A DNA stretch of 63,737 bases, filler included, from Octopus bimaculoides (GCF_001194135.2; 9 parts of 8 records of this genome joined end to end with filler, not necessarily neighbours in it), one strand, 5' to 3'; numbered from the whole stretch's first letter, positions 26,117 to 40,152 are shown. Translations and numbers: made by a program. The notes: generated from the sequence alone by a model not told the origin.

Positions 26117-28009
26117 ATACATATATATGTATGTATATATACACATATATACATATATATGTATATATACATGCATATATATATATAAACATATCTACAC
26201 ACATGTATTATTCACATATATAATTATATATACATACTTATGCAATTATGCATATTTATACAAATACATATGTGTATGTATTTTTATATATATATACATA
26301 CATATGCGTGTGTGTGTGTGTGTGTGTATACATATATATGCATATATAAACGTAGGGAATCACCCCTCCCTCTCTCCTGGCCACACTTCCCTTTCATCTC
26401 TGCCCATCTCTCGCCTATAAAATATAAACAAAATTTGAACGTAAGCAATATTATAGAGCGTGTAGTGGTGGTGGTGGTGGGGGGGGTCGGTGGTAATAAA
26501 GGGAAGCAACCTTATCAAAGAGACCAAAACAACAACAACAACAGCAGCAGCAGCAGCGACAACAGCAACAACAAGAACGATGTAGTTGACCATGACAACG
26601 ATCAACCTTAAGAGAGCCAAGAACGATAACAACGACAAGCACAACAAGAAGATCAGCAACATGATAAGAACAGCGATTATACATACAGGAATAATGACAA
26701 GAACAACAATAACAGAAACAGGTGGACAGATCGATAAGCACATCAACAAAAACGACAACAACGAAAGCAACNNNNNNNNNNNNNNNNNNNNNNNNNNNNN
26801 NNNNNNNNNNNNNNNNNNNNNNNNNNNNNNNNNNNNNNNNNNNNNNNNNNNNNNNNNNNNNNNNNNNNNNNNNNNNNNNNNNNNNNNNNNNNNNNNNNNN
26901 NNNNNNNNNNNNNNNNNNNNNNNNNNNNNNNNNNNNNNNNNNNNNNNNNNNNNNNNNNNNNNNNNNNNNNNNNNNNNNNNNNNNNNNNNNNNNNNNNNNN
27001 NNNNNNNNNNNNNNNNNNNNNNNNNNNNNNNNNNNNNNNNNNNNNNNNNNNNNNNNNNNNNNNNNNNNNNNNNNNNNNNNNNNNNNNNNNNNNNNNNNNN
27101 NNNNNNNNNNNNNNNNNNNNNNNNNNNNNNNNNNNNNNNNNNNNNNNNNNNNNNNNNNNNNNNNNNNNNNNNNNNNNNNNNNNNNNNNNNNNNNNNNNNN
27201 NNNNNNNNNNNNNNNNNNNNNNNNNNNNNNNNNNNNNNNNNNNNNNNNNNNNNNNNNNNNNNNNNNNNNNNNNNNNNNNNNNNNNNNNNNNNNNNNNNNN
27301 NNNNNNNNNNNNNNNNNNNNNNNNNNNNNNNNNNNNNNNNNNNNNNNNNNNNNNNNNNNNNNNNNNNNNNNNNNNNNNNNNNNNNNNNNNNNNNNNNNNN
27401 NNNNNNNNNNNNNNNNNNNNNNNNNNNNNNNNNNNNNNNNNNNNNNNNNNNNNNNNNNNNNNNNNNNNNNNNNNNNNNNNNNNNNNNNNNNNNNNNNNNN
27501 NNNNNNNNNNNNNNNNNNNNNNNNNNNNNNNNNNNNNNNNNNNNNNNNNNNNNNNNNNNNNNNNNNNNNNNNNNNNNNNNNNNNNNNNNNNNNNNNNNNN
27601 NNNNNNNNNNNNNNNNNNNNNNNNNNNNNNNNNNNNNNNNNNNNNNNNNNNNNNNNNNNNNNNNNNNNNNNNNNNNNNNNNNNNNNNNNNNNNNNNNNNN
27701 CAGGTGGACAGATCGATAAGCACATCAACAAAAACGACAACAACGAAAGCAACAATAGTGACTTCGTGACTTCAGTAACACGAAGACAATGACACCAAGG
27801 GAGGCCTCTGTACTCGGCCTGTAGAAATAGCAGCCAAATCTCCTGGAAATTTGGAAATTACTCACCTGCTTGAGAGTTGATGGGGGCTTGCTGGACAATA
27901 TTTGTGTTCTTGGGTTTCCTCTAAATGGGGAAAGAAATTGGCGTGAACGTCGCTGTTGGATTGTGTGAAATCATTGAATCACTCAGTCGAGACTTGCTGG
28001 CTCGGGGCT

Positions 28010-28619
28010 AAACAACAACTACTGCTGCTGTTGCTGCTGCTGCTGCTGCTACTGCTACAGCTATTACATAAGCAATGATATAATTCCTCAGCGAAAAAGA
28101 GCACCAGGAAGAAGAAGTAGAAGAAGAAGAAGAAGAAGAAGAAGAAGAAGAAGAAGAAGAAGAAGAAGAAGAAGAGCAACAACAACAACAACAAGAATGA
28201 GGAGGAAGAGGAGGAGGAGGNNNNNNNNNNNNNNNNNNNNNNNNNNNNNNNNNNNNNNNNNNNNNNNNNNNNNNNNNNNNNNNNNNNNNNNNNNNNNNNN
28301 NNNNNNNNNNNNNNNNNNNNNNNNNNNNNNNNNNNNNNNNNNNNNNNNNNNNNNNNNNNNNNNNNNNNNNNNNNNNNNNNNNNNNNNNNNNNNNNNNNNN
28401 NNNNNNNNNNNNNNNNNNNNNNNNNNNNNNNNNNNNNNNNNNNNNNNNNNNNNNNNNNNNNNNNNNNNNNNNNNNNNNNNNNNNNNNNNNNNNNNNNNNN
28501 NNNNNNNNNNNNNNNNNNNNNNNNNNNNNNNNNNNNNNNNNNNNNNNNNNNNNNNGAGTTTTAACTATAAAAGATTGCAGCCGCTGCGGTCTGCTCGACG
28601 AGGAACGGTTTGAAGTTAT

Positions 28620-28670
<51 letters not shown>

Positions 28671-28671
28671 C

Positions 28672-28704
<33 letters not shown>

Positions 28705-28860
28705 TCTACTACAGCAACTTCTACAACAACTTCTACTACTACTATTCCTTCTACTACTACTACTGCTTCTACTACTACTACTAGGACCACAACTACAACA
28801 GCAACACAGATGACAACACAACAACTGCTTCCAATACACACCAATCAGCACATCAACAAC
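28010..28860. repeat. Compound trinucleotide microsatellite block (CTG, GAA, CAA, GAG, CTA)
   Basis: Directly visible; interrupted by a gap. Confidence 0.9.
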
Positions 28861-29107
28861 ACCGCCAACAACATCCAATATCACCACAGAAATTCGAGCC
28901 AACGAGGAATTATATATATGGGCCAAATTGCCAAAACGTTGGCAAACCAGGAAGAATTACTGCCAATCTGGCAAACAAATCTACTTTAAATTTAAAATGA
29001 GACAATACAGAGAGTACATGTCTAGTCTATCACTCTACATACTCTCTGTAAGATTTATCAGTGCATGTCAGAGCGTGGAGTATGGCTCTAAGCTAAGAGG
29101 TCAGGCA

Positions 29108-29970
29108 ATATGTCCAGACTGTCGTACTGTATCCAATGCGATTCATCACGTCAACCTACACCTTTCCTATACGATTTACCGCGTCTTGTAATATGTCCAG
29201 ACTGTCACATTTCCACTTTACGATTCATCACATGTCCAGATTGTGGCATTCCTCCCCATACTACTCATTACGTGTCTTGACAGTCACACAACTATGGCTT
29301 GTGACATATTACTTATACAGTTCGAAACATGTCCACAATGACACCCTGCTCTCTTTGCTATACATCACATGTCCATGCTGTCAAACTACAACCTGTTCTG
29401 ACTGTCACAAAACTTCCCATATATTTAATCACATGTCAAGATTGTCACACAGCTCCCTACACAACTTATCATATGTCCACACCGTCACACTGTTCTCTAT
29501 GTTATTCATCAGATGTCCACGGAGTCATACTGTAACTTACGGCTTATCATATGTCCAGACTGTCACAAAACTCCCTACACAACTCATCACATGACCAGAC
29601 CGTCACGCTACTCCCTATATGACTCACCACATGTCAAAACTGTCACACAACTATGGTTTATCAGACACCCACAGTGTTCCTTTTGCAATTCATAGCATGT
29701 CCAGACTATCACATAGTTCCATACATAACTCATAAGTCCAGACCGTCACACTGTTCTCTGTGCTATTCATCATATTTCCACTCTGTCACACTACAACTTA
29801 TGGTTGAACATGTCCAGACTGTCACATAGCTCTCCATACAGTTAATCTCATGTCCAGATTGTCATACAGCTACCTGTACAACTCATCGTAAGTCCAGGCT
29901 GTCACACAGCTTTCGATGTGGTTCAGCACATGTCCGCGCTGTCACACTACAGCTTATGTCTAGACTGTCG
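29108..29970. repeat. Diverged minisatellite, unit about 30-42 bp, with conserved core catgtccagactgtcaca
   Basis: About 20 variants of atgtccagactgtcac separated by variable spacers. Confidence 0.85.
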
Positions 29971-30411
29971 CAAAAAACAAAAATCAAACGCAAAAGAGAT
30001 ATATGGGCCGCAACACATCATTCTGCAGATTAATTGCATGCCAAAGGAATGTTCGATCACAGCAGATTCGGCACAACACAACAATAATAACAACAGCAGC
30101 AACAACATCAACAACACGACACCCTTACCATCGGCACTACCACCAACATTCACAGCTAAAACTATCCAATATCGCCGCTATCGACATTATCAACAATATT
30201 TCGTTCACCACCTCCCCGCCTCTCTCTCTCTCTCGCTCTCCACCACCGAAAGGTGTAGAGGTCATAACACTGCCTTTGGTGTTTGTGACTCACGCCCCCA
30301 CGACTTAACACTACGAAACAATGACGCACACCTAACACACATCAAACACACTCATTAAACATGTGAGTGTGTGTGTGGGTGTGTGTATATATGTGTGCAT
30401 ATGCGTGTATG

Positions 30412-30446
<35 letters not shown>

Positions 30447-31437
30447 GTNNNNNNNNNNNNNNNNNNNNNNNNNNNNNNNNNNNNNNNNNNNNNNNNNNNN
30501 NNNNNNNNNNNNNNNNNNNNNNNNNNNNNNNNNNNNNNNNNNNNNNNNNNNNNNNNNNNNNNNNNNNNNNNNNNNNNNNNNNNNNNNNNNNNNNNNNNNN
30601 NNNNNNNNNNNNNNNNNNNNNNNNNNNNNNNNNNNNNNNNNNNNNNNNNNNNNNNNNNNNNNNNNNNNNNNNNNNNNNNNNNNNNNNNNNNNNNNNNNNN
30701 NNNNNNNNNNNNNNNNNNNNNNNNNNNNNNNNNNNNNNNNNNNNNNNNNNNNNNNNNNNNNNNNNNNNNNNNNNNNNNNNNNNNNNNNNNNNNNNNNNNN
30801 NNNNNNNNNNNNNNNNNNNNNNNNNNNNNNNNNNNNNNNNNNNNNNNNNNNNNNNNNNNNNNNNNNNNNNNNNNNNNNNNNNNNNNNNNNNNNNNTATAT
30901 ATATATGCTTGTGTTCTATACACTAGCAAGTGAGTCAATGCTTAAACATGATTTATATTCGGAAACCTGACTGGTTTCTGCAACAAGTAATATGTACAAG
31001 CTACGTGAGTGTGTCTTTATGTATGTATACAACATATATAATGTATAGGTTTGTGTATATGTGTTTGTATGTGTGTGTATATGTATGTGTATATGTATGT
31101 GTATATGTATGTGTATGTGTGTTTGTATATGTGTTTGTGGTAATACAAAAGGGAAACAGAATGCAATACATGTTTGTAGATGTGTGTGTTGTTTTTACTT
31201 GACAGAAGTTAAAAACGTGAGTCGAACCCCGAGAGTTTCGTGTATGCCTTATTAAACTTTTTGATAAGTTCTATGCATGAAACCCTCAACCAGTGAGCCA
31301 CTTCGTAACGTCTACCAATTGCGTATACTTATATATANNNNNNNNNNNNNNNNNNNNNNNNNNNNNNNNNNNNNNNNNNNNTTAATTAATTAANNNNNNN
31401 NNNNNNNNNNNNNNNNNNNNNNNNNNNNNNNNNNNNN

Positions 31438-31709
31438 CTTGTGAGTGGATTTGGTAGACGGAAACTGAAAGAAGCCTGTTGTATATATGAATATATATAC
31501 ATGTATGCGAGTGTATATGTGTGTCTGTGTTTGTCCCCCCAACATCGCTTGACAACCGATGGTGGTGTGGTTACGTCCCCATAACATAGTAGTTCGGTCA
31601 ATGAGACCGACAGAAAAAGTACTAGGCTTCCAAAGAATAAGTCCTGGGGTCGATTTGCTCGACTAAAGGCGGTGCTCCAGCATGGCCGCAGTCAAATGAC
31701 TGAAATAAG
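31438..31709 (+). mobile_element. SINE family A, 5' end lost in a gap
   Basis: cttgtgagtggatttggtagacgg through gcagtcaaatgactgaaataag. Confidence 0.88.
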
Positions 31710-33413
31710 TAAAAGAGAGAAAAAAAAGAGAATTGGGAATCAAATGTGAAAATATTATCAAGCGGCTAACAGAAAACCGCCCGGAGGAGGGTATTTCTGC
31801 TTGTATTTTATATATATATAACCGGTGGTCTGTTGGCTGCGACGACGTGCGATCCAGTTGATCCTACCAAAGGCACACCCTATTCGTGGAATTAAGATGG
31901 ACGTGTCAGTACAACCCACAGACGTTCCTACCCTTAAATCAGTTCCCCCGAGGATTCAGTGTAGCACAAAATGCGACAAAGCTAGCCCTTTGCATTACAT
32001 GTACAAGTATTGATTATTTGTGAGTTGAGTGAACAGTAGCAACATGGAATAAAGTGTCTTGCTCAAGGTCACATTACGCCTGTGAGAATCGAACTGTTAC
32101 CTCATGATCTTGAGCCGCATACAGTAAAAAATAAGCACGGGGTGTATATGTGTGTGTGTGTGTCTGCGTCTCTGTGTGTGATAGAGAGAAAAATTATGCG
32201 TGCGTACATATCTATATATACTTGAGTATACATATTGTTCTGTACAATCTATTACATGTCCATATCTATGAGATGTTAACAGTTTGCTCCACCAGGTTTT
32301 CCTGGTAAGAATGATCGCCCCAAACCCTATAGGACAGATCAATAACTGCCAAAATGACTGGAGAGACTAACGAAGCTTAAGCGTTTGTCTAGCAATTGCA
32401 CAGAGACATAGATATGCTCATCACGGCTAGCGAAGGTGCGTGGCGTAGTGATTAGTCTAACAGACACATGATCGTAAGATTGTGGTTTCGATTCCTTGAC
32501 TGGGCGATGCGCTGTAGAGACTATTTTTCTCTGTTTGGGAGAGTATTCATTTTTTTTTTTTGGTGTTTCAGTCATTTGACTGCGGTCATGCTGGAGCACC
32601 GCTTTTAGTCGAGCAAATCGACCCAAGGACTTATTCTTTGTAAGTCTGAGAATGAGAATTTTTATATAAAATGCCGAAAGTTATATTTAATTCGCAATAT
32701 ATCACTACTTAGCCAAGTTTCGGAGAGAGGTCGGAAATTAGAATTTTTATATTAAATGCACAAATATATACGTTGTATATATTTGAATCGAATTGTTCTT
32801 GAGCATTACAGTTTCAATTTTTAAGAATCCTGTTCCGAAATTTTAGCCAGTACTGTAGGTAATTTCAAACATGTCTCTTGGTAGATTGCATTATACCAGA
32901 CGATGAATCTGGACCGATATTTCTCTCAACTAAACAAGCATCCTTTCTCATGGTTACCAATGCTCACCTATTATTGACAAGCAATTGCGACTTAGGGGTT
33001 TAAAGAGATCTTGCCTACATTTAGATCCGACTGATAACCACCCATGCAGGCGATAGTTGTTCTCTCTTTATATCTGCTTCTATTAAAATCCAGAATTGCA
33101 GAGTTTTCTAAGATATTTTGGTACTCAAACACGAGTTGATTCGCAGAATATATGTGTGCGTGTGTGTGTCGTTGTTACTTAATTAATGGCAGAACAATAC
33201 GATTGATAAAATCACACTCATTAGCTTATATCTGTTTGTGTTTGTGCCATGGGGAATGCAAACCAGTGCGACATCATACAGTTTCCTCAGAGCCATTTCA
33301 ATTAATTTCGTTTAATTGCGGAATGCAATTAATTATATACTTGCCACTATAGACACTCATACAGACCCATACACAGATACACATATACATAGCACACATA
33401 CATATATACATAT

Positions 33414-33485
<72 letters not shown>

Positions 33486-33509
33486 AAATGAGATGACATA
33501 GGAAAACAA

Positions 33510-33900
33510 TTTTCTCATGAATTGCATTGGGTTACAACCATTTCTGCTATGCGGATTCAGTAGACTCATATTTAAGTCCCTGAGTAACATCTCATTGGTA
33601 GGGGGCGAATTTTCGAGGCACGGTACCACATTTTCGGGTATTACGCTTGTGGTAGGTCTTCCAGACTGTTCATTGACTTTCAGGGATTTTCTTTTGATTT
33701 TAAGGCACCCATGCCACTCAAAGCTTTGCGTACGTCTCGTTACCTCGTCATCTTCAGCTTGCCGAAGGATACTCAGTCTCCGTAGCAGACTTCCCAGATT
33801 TAAAGCAACATTTCAAGTTGCCTCTTTGTTCCAGCTTCTTGTCCATGATGAAATTGTAAAGATAATCTGGAACTCAACTGAGGAAAGAAAACTCCAAATG
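33510..33900 (-). mobile_element. Decayed mariner transposase N-terminus
   Basis: From the ATG at 33846 (minus): MDKKLEQRGNLKCCFKSGKSATET, then a frameshift to SILRQAEDDEVTRRTQSFEWHGCLKIKRKSLKVNEQSGRPTTSVIPENV, matching the mariner HTH region (EQRxxIKFCxxLGKSATET...FEW...RSGRP). Confidence 0.85.
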
Positions 33901-34899
33901 ACCCGTCCTTGTTTTCTTTGTATCATCTGTCTGGATGTTTTGTTGTCCCTTTCTTGTATCACCTAACTGTCTGGATGTTTTGCGTTCTTGTCCCATTTTG
34001 TATCATATATATATATATATATATANNNNNNNNNNNNNNNNNNNNNNNNNNNNNNNNNNNNNNNNNNNNNNNNNNNNNNNNNNNNNNNNNNNNNNNNNNN
34101 NNNNNNNNNNNNNNNNNNNNNNNNNNNNNNNNNNNNNNNNNNNNNNNNNNNNNNNNNNNNNNNNNNNNNNNNNNNNNNNNNNNNNNNNNNNNNNNNNNNN
34201 NNNNNNNNNNNNNNNNNNNNNNNNNNNNNNNNNNNNNNNNNNNNNNNNNNNNNNNNNNNNNNNNNNNNNNNNNNNNNNNNNNNNNNNNNNNNNNNNNNNN
34301 NNNNNNNNNNNNNNNNNNNNNNNNNNNNNNNNNNNNNNNNNNNNNNNNNNNNNNNNNNNNNNNNNNNNNNNNNNNNNNNNNNNNNNNNNNNNNNNNNNNN
34401 NNNNNNNNNNNNNNNNNNNNNNNNNNNNNNNNNNNNNNNNNNNNNNNNNNNNNNNNNNNNNNNNNNNNNNNNNNNNNNNNNNNNNNNNNNNNNNNNNNNN
34501 NNNNNNNNNNNNNNNNNNNNNNNNNNNNNNNNNNNNNNNNNNNNNNNNNNNNNNNNNNNNNNNNNNNNNNNNNNNNNNNNNNNNNNNNNNNNNNNNNNNN
34601 NNNNNNNNNNNNNNNNNNNNNNNNNNNNNNNNNNNNNNNNNNNNNNNNNNNNNNNNNNNNNNNNNNNNNNNNNNNNNNNNNNNNNNNNNNNNNNNNNNNN
34701 NNNNNNNNNNNNNNNNNNNNNNNNNNNNNNNNNNNNNNNNNNNNNNNNNNNNNNNNNNNNNNNNNNNNNNNNNNNNNNNNNNNNNNNNNNNNNNNNNNNN
34801 NNNNNNNNNNNNNNNNNNNNNNNNNNNNNNNNNNNNNNNNNNNNNNNNNNNNNNNNNNNNNNNNNNNNNNNNNNNNNNNNNNNNNNNNNNNNNNNNNNN

Positions 34900-34960
<61 letters not shown>

Positions 34961-35759
34961 TATGTATATGTCAGGCCATATATGTGTGTGTACCTGTGTG
35001 TGTGTGTCTCCATCTACCAATCAGTTACCAAATTGATTCTTCCCCTTTATTGTCATTCCACAGTTCAGCTGCTACATTATTATTTCATTATTCCGTTATT
35101 CCAGATATTCCAAATATTCTATTATTCCATTATACCATTATTCAAATATTCGATTCATCGCCGAAGATTCTATTGTAAAAGCGTTATTTACTTTTTTTAT
35201 TAATTCTATTCCGTTCTTACTATTCATCTCGTTCGTTTGATTTCAGAACCTGAATAGTAATTGAATTTACCTTTCAATATTTTTAGTATATTTGCTTTAT
35301 GTTTTATTTTCTTATTTGTTTTTTTTTTTTTCAGTTGAGTTTGAATGTGTATGTATGCGTGTGTAGTTGTGTGTTAATGTGTATGCGTATGTGTGTGTGT
35401 GTGCGTTTGAAATTTATGCGAACATGTAGGTGTGATATATACGTATGTCTATTTGTGTCTAACTCCGTATGTGTGTAGCTGTATGTATGTATGTGTGTGT
35501 GTGTGTGTGTGTGTGCGGTTTAAAAATGCCGGTAATAGGATTCAATACAAGTTGTTGATTAATATACGTGTATATGTGTGTGTGTGTGTGTTTCTGCATT
35601 TAAGTACGCATGTATGTATGTGTGTGTGTGTGTGTGTATATGTGTATACCAAAAGGCATATATTTATGCTTGTTTTCCTGTATTTATGTGTCTATATGTA
35701 TATTTGTGTAGTTATGTATTGTTTACCTATGTACACATAACTATGATTAGATGGATGTT

Positions 35760-35771
35760 TATGTAGACATG

Positions 35772-35802
<31 letters not shown>

Positions 35803-35951
35803 NNNNNNNNNNNNNNNNNNNNNNNNNNNNNNNNNNNNNNNNNNNNNNNNNNNNNNNNNTATACATATATATATATACATACATATATATATATATGTAA
35901 ATATATATACATACATATATATATGCATATACATATATATATATGCATATG

Positions 35952-36027
<76 letters not shown>

Positions 36028-36410
36028 TACATAATACATATATACATATATACATATAAAATACATACATATATATGCATATATATATATATGTATATTC
36101 ATATATAAGCATAAATATATACATGTATACATATATACATAACTATATATATAATGTATACCTAAATGTGTGTATATATATATATACATATATATATGTA
36201 ATATATATATATATATATATATATATATGCTTAAACATATATGTAATATATATTCACTTATATATATACATATATTATATAGCTTAAATTCACATACATA
36301 CATATGTATATAAATATATACGTATATATTATATATTATACATACATATATATTATATATTATCAAATGTAAATGTGTGTAATGTCTGTAAAAATATGTA
36401 TACATGTGCA
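35760..36410. repeat. Degenerate (TA)n/(TACA)n tract
   Basis: Directly visible. Confidence 0.9.
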
Positions 36411-37805
36411 TGAAAAGATAGAGAGGGAGAGAGAAATATTGTGATGGAGATAGAGAAAGATAAATAGAGAGAGAGGAATATGCCTACAGTTTGAATATTA
36501 AAAATCAAAAAAATATTATTTAAGGCATTTATCTATATGCATACATGCATATAAATTTATGTATATTATATATTATATATTACATATTATGTGATAAATA
36601 TATATATCATACAAACTCTCTCACACACATGTATACACACTCATTCACACACATATATTTCATCCCTTAAAACGAAAAATAAACGATGAAATGTCAGTCG
36701 TTTTTTTTTTGTTTTTTTTTTGTTTTTTAGTTTTTCTGGCAACATGACGTTTCTCTCCTCTCTTTATGGAAAATTAATTAAAATACATATCCAGCCATTT
36801 GCGCCTAGCCCCTAACCTCCCCCTCATTATTTACGACAAGCCCAAAATCCCACACGTAAAAGAGACACACACTAACACAAACACACACACATACAAAGAA
36901 ACACGCACATAAGTACAAGCACACAGATACACGGGGATAAACACACATACCTACTTAAACCTGAACTAGAGCATTTTACAAATATTTTATGACATTTAAA
37001 TAAAAAAAAAATTCGTCAAAATGATATTTCTCGAGGATTCCAAAAAGATTAGAATGTTTAAGTACTTCTGTATATTTTCTTGTGGTTGTTATTGTTGTTG
37101 TCGACTTTGGTTTTCGTTTTTAATTGCTTTATTTATCTATTTATTTATTTACGCTGTTGTTTTGGTTTATTATTTCTTGAATACATAATTCTACATAATC
37201 CAATCGAAGACTCCTGGAATTAACTCTGGAAATAAAATTATTACACGCTTCTTCATCAAGTAAAGTTAAAAGACAGCGCTGATTTGATTTACAACGGCTT
37301 TCGTGTACTGCTGGATTTTCACGTTGGCTTATCAACATCTCAACACAATGCATTCACTAAAGAAACGCACATAAACATACACATACACCCAAGCAGACAC
37401 ATACATACACACACACACGTACACAACACAAACAAGCATGTACATATATCTCTCTATCGATCTATGTAACTATCTCTCTCCCTAACTCTCTCTATATGTA
37501 TATATATACTAGCAAATATATACATATATATGTATATGTATACATATAAGCACATATATAGATGCATTCATACATGTTCCGATCATGTATGTATATGTAT
37601 ATGTACGTATATGTTTGCGTGCGTGTGCGTGTGTGCGGGTGTATGTGTATGCGTATGTATATGTACACATATATGTATATATATACACATGTAAATGTAC
37701 ATATGTGTAAATAGATATACGACCTATGTTGTGAATATGCATGTATTTAAAGATTTGTGTTTCTGTGTATGAACGATTAACAGTTTCTAAATATATCCAT
37801 GAACA

Positions 37806-37836
<31 letters not shown>

Positions 37837-37862
37837 NNNNNNNNNNTATGTGTTTATTCGTA

Positions 37863-38261
37863 CAGGCTTGGTTGTGTAGTAAGAATCTTTCTTACCAAAC
37901 CCAAGTTTTCGGGTTCTGTCCTATTACACGGCACCTTGGGAAAGTATCTGCTATAATGGCCCAGTGTTGAATAATGCCCAATGAATAAGATTTGGTGGAA
38001 GGAAACTGAAAAGAAGCGTATGGCACGCATATGTATATGTATACAAACGTGTGTGTATGTTTGTGTATCTGTGTGTTTCTGTGTGCTTGTGTTGTGTTTG
38101 TCACACTGCAATGCTTGATAACCGGTGTTGGTTTTGTTTCGACATTTGTAACTTTGTGATTCCGCAATGGAAAAGGTGAGACAAATGTACAGGCTTGGAG
38201 AAAATAAAAAAAAACTTTTGACCTATCCATTCAAGGCAATGTTCCAGCTGGCAGCAGTTCC
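37863..38261 (+). mobile_element. SINE family A, old diverged copy
   Basis: Collinear but diverged match to family A. Confidence 0.72.
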
Positions 38262-38271
38262 GTAGGAAGCG

Positions 38272-38445
38272 TGGTCGGTTACATCAATCTCAGTATTCAA
38301 TTGATAATGATTATATCGATACCAAAGTACGAAAGGCAAAGTCGACCATGTCGGCATTTCAATTCACTTAAAGTATAAAGTTCAAAGAAATGCTGCTAAG
38401 CATTTTTTCCGGAGCAATAAGGTTTCCGACACCTCAGCTCCTATA
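38272..38445 (-). mobile_element. SINE family B, diverged
   Basis: aaaggcaaagtcgacc...gaaatgctgctaagcattttttccgg. Confidence 0.65.
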
Positions 38446-38711
38446 TCAATATATAAGAAATAAACTCATCATTGCCAAGAAGGAAACGTAAATCTTGTCA
38501 AAAGAAAGCGTCTATATCACTTGCTGTGAAACAAATCCCTGCTACCTCCATCGCCGAGGCCAACAGAGTATGTTATTTAGATTCCCCTTTGTCGCGTCAA
38601 TGGTGGACAACGGTGATTCATTTCTTAAAGGCAACAGTGGTTCATTTCCCCACCAGTAATACATAGAATAACACTGCTACAAGAAGCACTCGGGAGGAGA
38701 TTGGCCAGTGA

Positions 38712-38877
38712 GCTTAGTGGCTGTGTGGTAAGTAGCTTGATTACGAACCACATGGTCCTGGGTTCAGTCCCACTGCGTGGCAACTTGGGCAACGGTCTTG
38801 TACTATAGCCTCGGGCCGACCAAAGCCTTGTGAGTGGATTTGGTAGACGGAATCTGAAAGAAGCCCGTCGTATATAT

Positions 38878-38909
<32 letters not shown>

Positions 38910-39255
38910 NNNNNNNNNNNNNNNNNNNNNNNNNNNNNNNNNNNNNNNNNNNNNNNNNNNNNNNNNNNNNNNNNNNNNNNNNNNNNNNNNNNNNNNNNNN
39001 NNNNNNNNNNNNNNNNNNNNNNNNNATATAAACATATATGTGTGTGTGTGTACGTATTAAGTTTGTGTGTCTGTGTTTGTGCCTCCAACATTGCTTGACA
39101 GCCGATGCTGGTGTGTTTACGTCCCCGTAACTTAGCGGTTCGGCATAACAGACCGATAGAATAAGTACTAGGCTTACAATGGATACATCTTTGTTTCGAT
39201 TTGCTCGACTAAAGGCGGTGCTCCAGCGTGGCAACAGTCAAATGACTGAAATACG
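38712..39255 (+). mobile_element. SINE family A with the internal (TA)n collapsed into a gap
   Basis: Head and tail match family A; the N gap sits exactly at the internal microsatellite. Confidence 0.9.
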
Positions 39256-39934
39256 TAAAAAAGTGAAAAGAGTATAGTAGTAATAAAATGATTAATACTG
39301 AAAGTTTTCCTCGTATTATCTGCTACAGTATAGTTTGTTCTGACAGAACATCTACGTTTACGTGAAGATGAGTATTGCCTCTCGCTAATAACAACCATAC
39401 ATATAACGGGGATTTATTTTCTCACCGTCTATATAAGCAAGAGTGCAGTTTGCACGAGAAGCCATTATGCGAGTCTCTCTAACTCAACACAGATTGTTCA
39501 AACAGAGCATGCGCGTTTCAGCGGGGATAAATATTACCTCTCCGTATTAATACTGCCTCTGTCGCTAATAAACACTTTTAACTTTATTTCACAAAGCCAC
39601 ATGCAAACTATATTAGTGTAATATCATTAGGTTTGAATCAGCTTAAAATTCTCTCAGATGATTAGTTTATTCAATTTGTTGGAGAAATTGGAGAAGACTG
39701 GCTGAAGGATTGATTGCCTAAAGTATTGCTTGAAAACAGGTGTCACCTCTCCTAAAACAATCCAGAACGTTCAATTACACAATTGCTGTAAAAATTCCAT
39801 GAATTTAATACACAGTTTCATTATTGAGGATCTACTGTGGCACTTCTGTACGGTATTCCATCAATACGTCAAAAAAACTTGACATCTGAAATAAGTTTAT
39901 CCAGTTCCAGGACCTTCGTGTTCTACATTTATCT

Positions 39935-39955
39935 GGGTTAGGGTTAGGGTTAGGG
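39935..39955 (+). repeat. Short interstitial telomeric repeat GGG(TTAGGG)3
   Basis: gggttagggttagggttaggg. Confidence 0.8.
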
Positions 39956-40118
39956 CAATAAATATGCGTACCAAGAACAAAACAATTAATATGCGCACCA
40001 AAACCACAGATATACGGCTCCTCGTTTCTTATTTCTTTATTTCCCACAAGGGGCTAAACATAGAGGGGAAAACAAGGACAGACCTGTCTTCTTCTTTTGT
40101 TTTTCTGTAAATTTCAGT

Positions 40119-40152
<34 letters not shown>

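Noticed and set aside
29108-29970. CRISPR-like repeat-spacer appearance, or a CxxC repeat protein
   Set aside because: Repeats are degenerate, spacers are related to one another, no cas genes are present, the context is eukaryotic, and the reading frame is not preserved.
33517-33966. 149-aa plus-strand ORF
   Set aside because: It is the antisense frame of the mariner transposase remnant.
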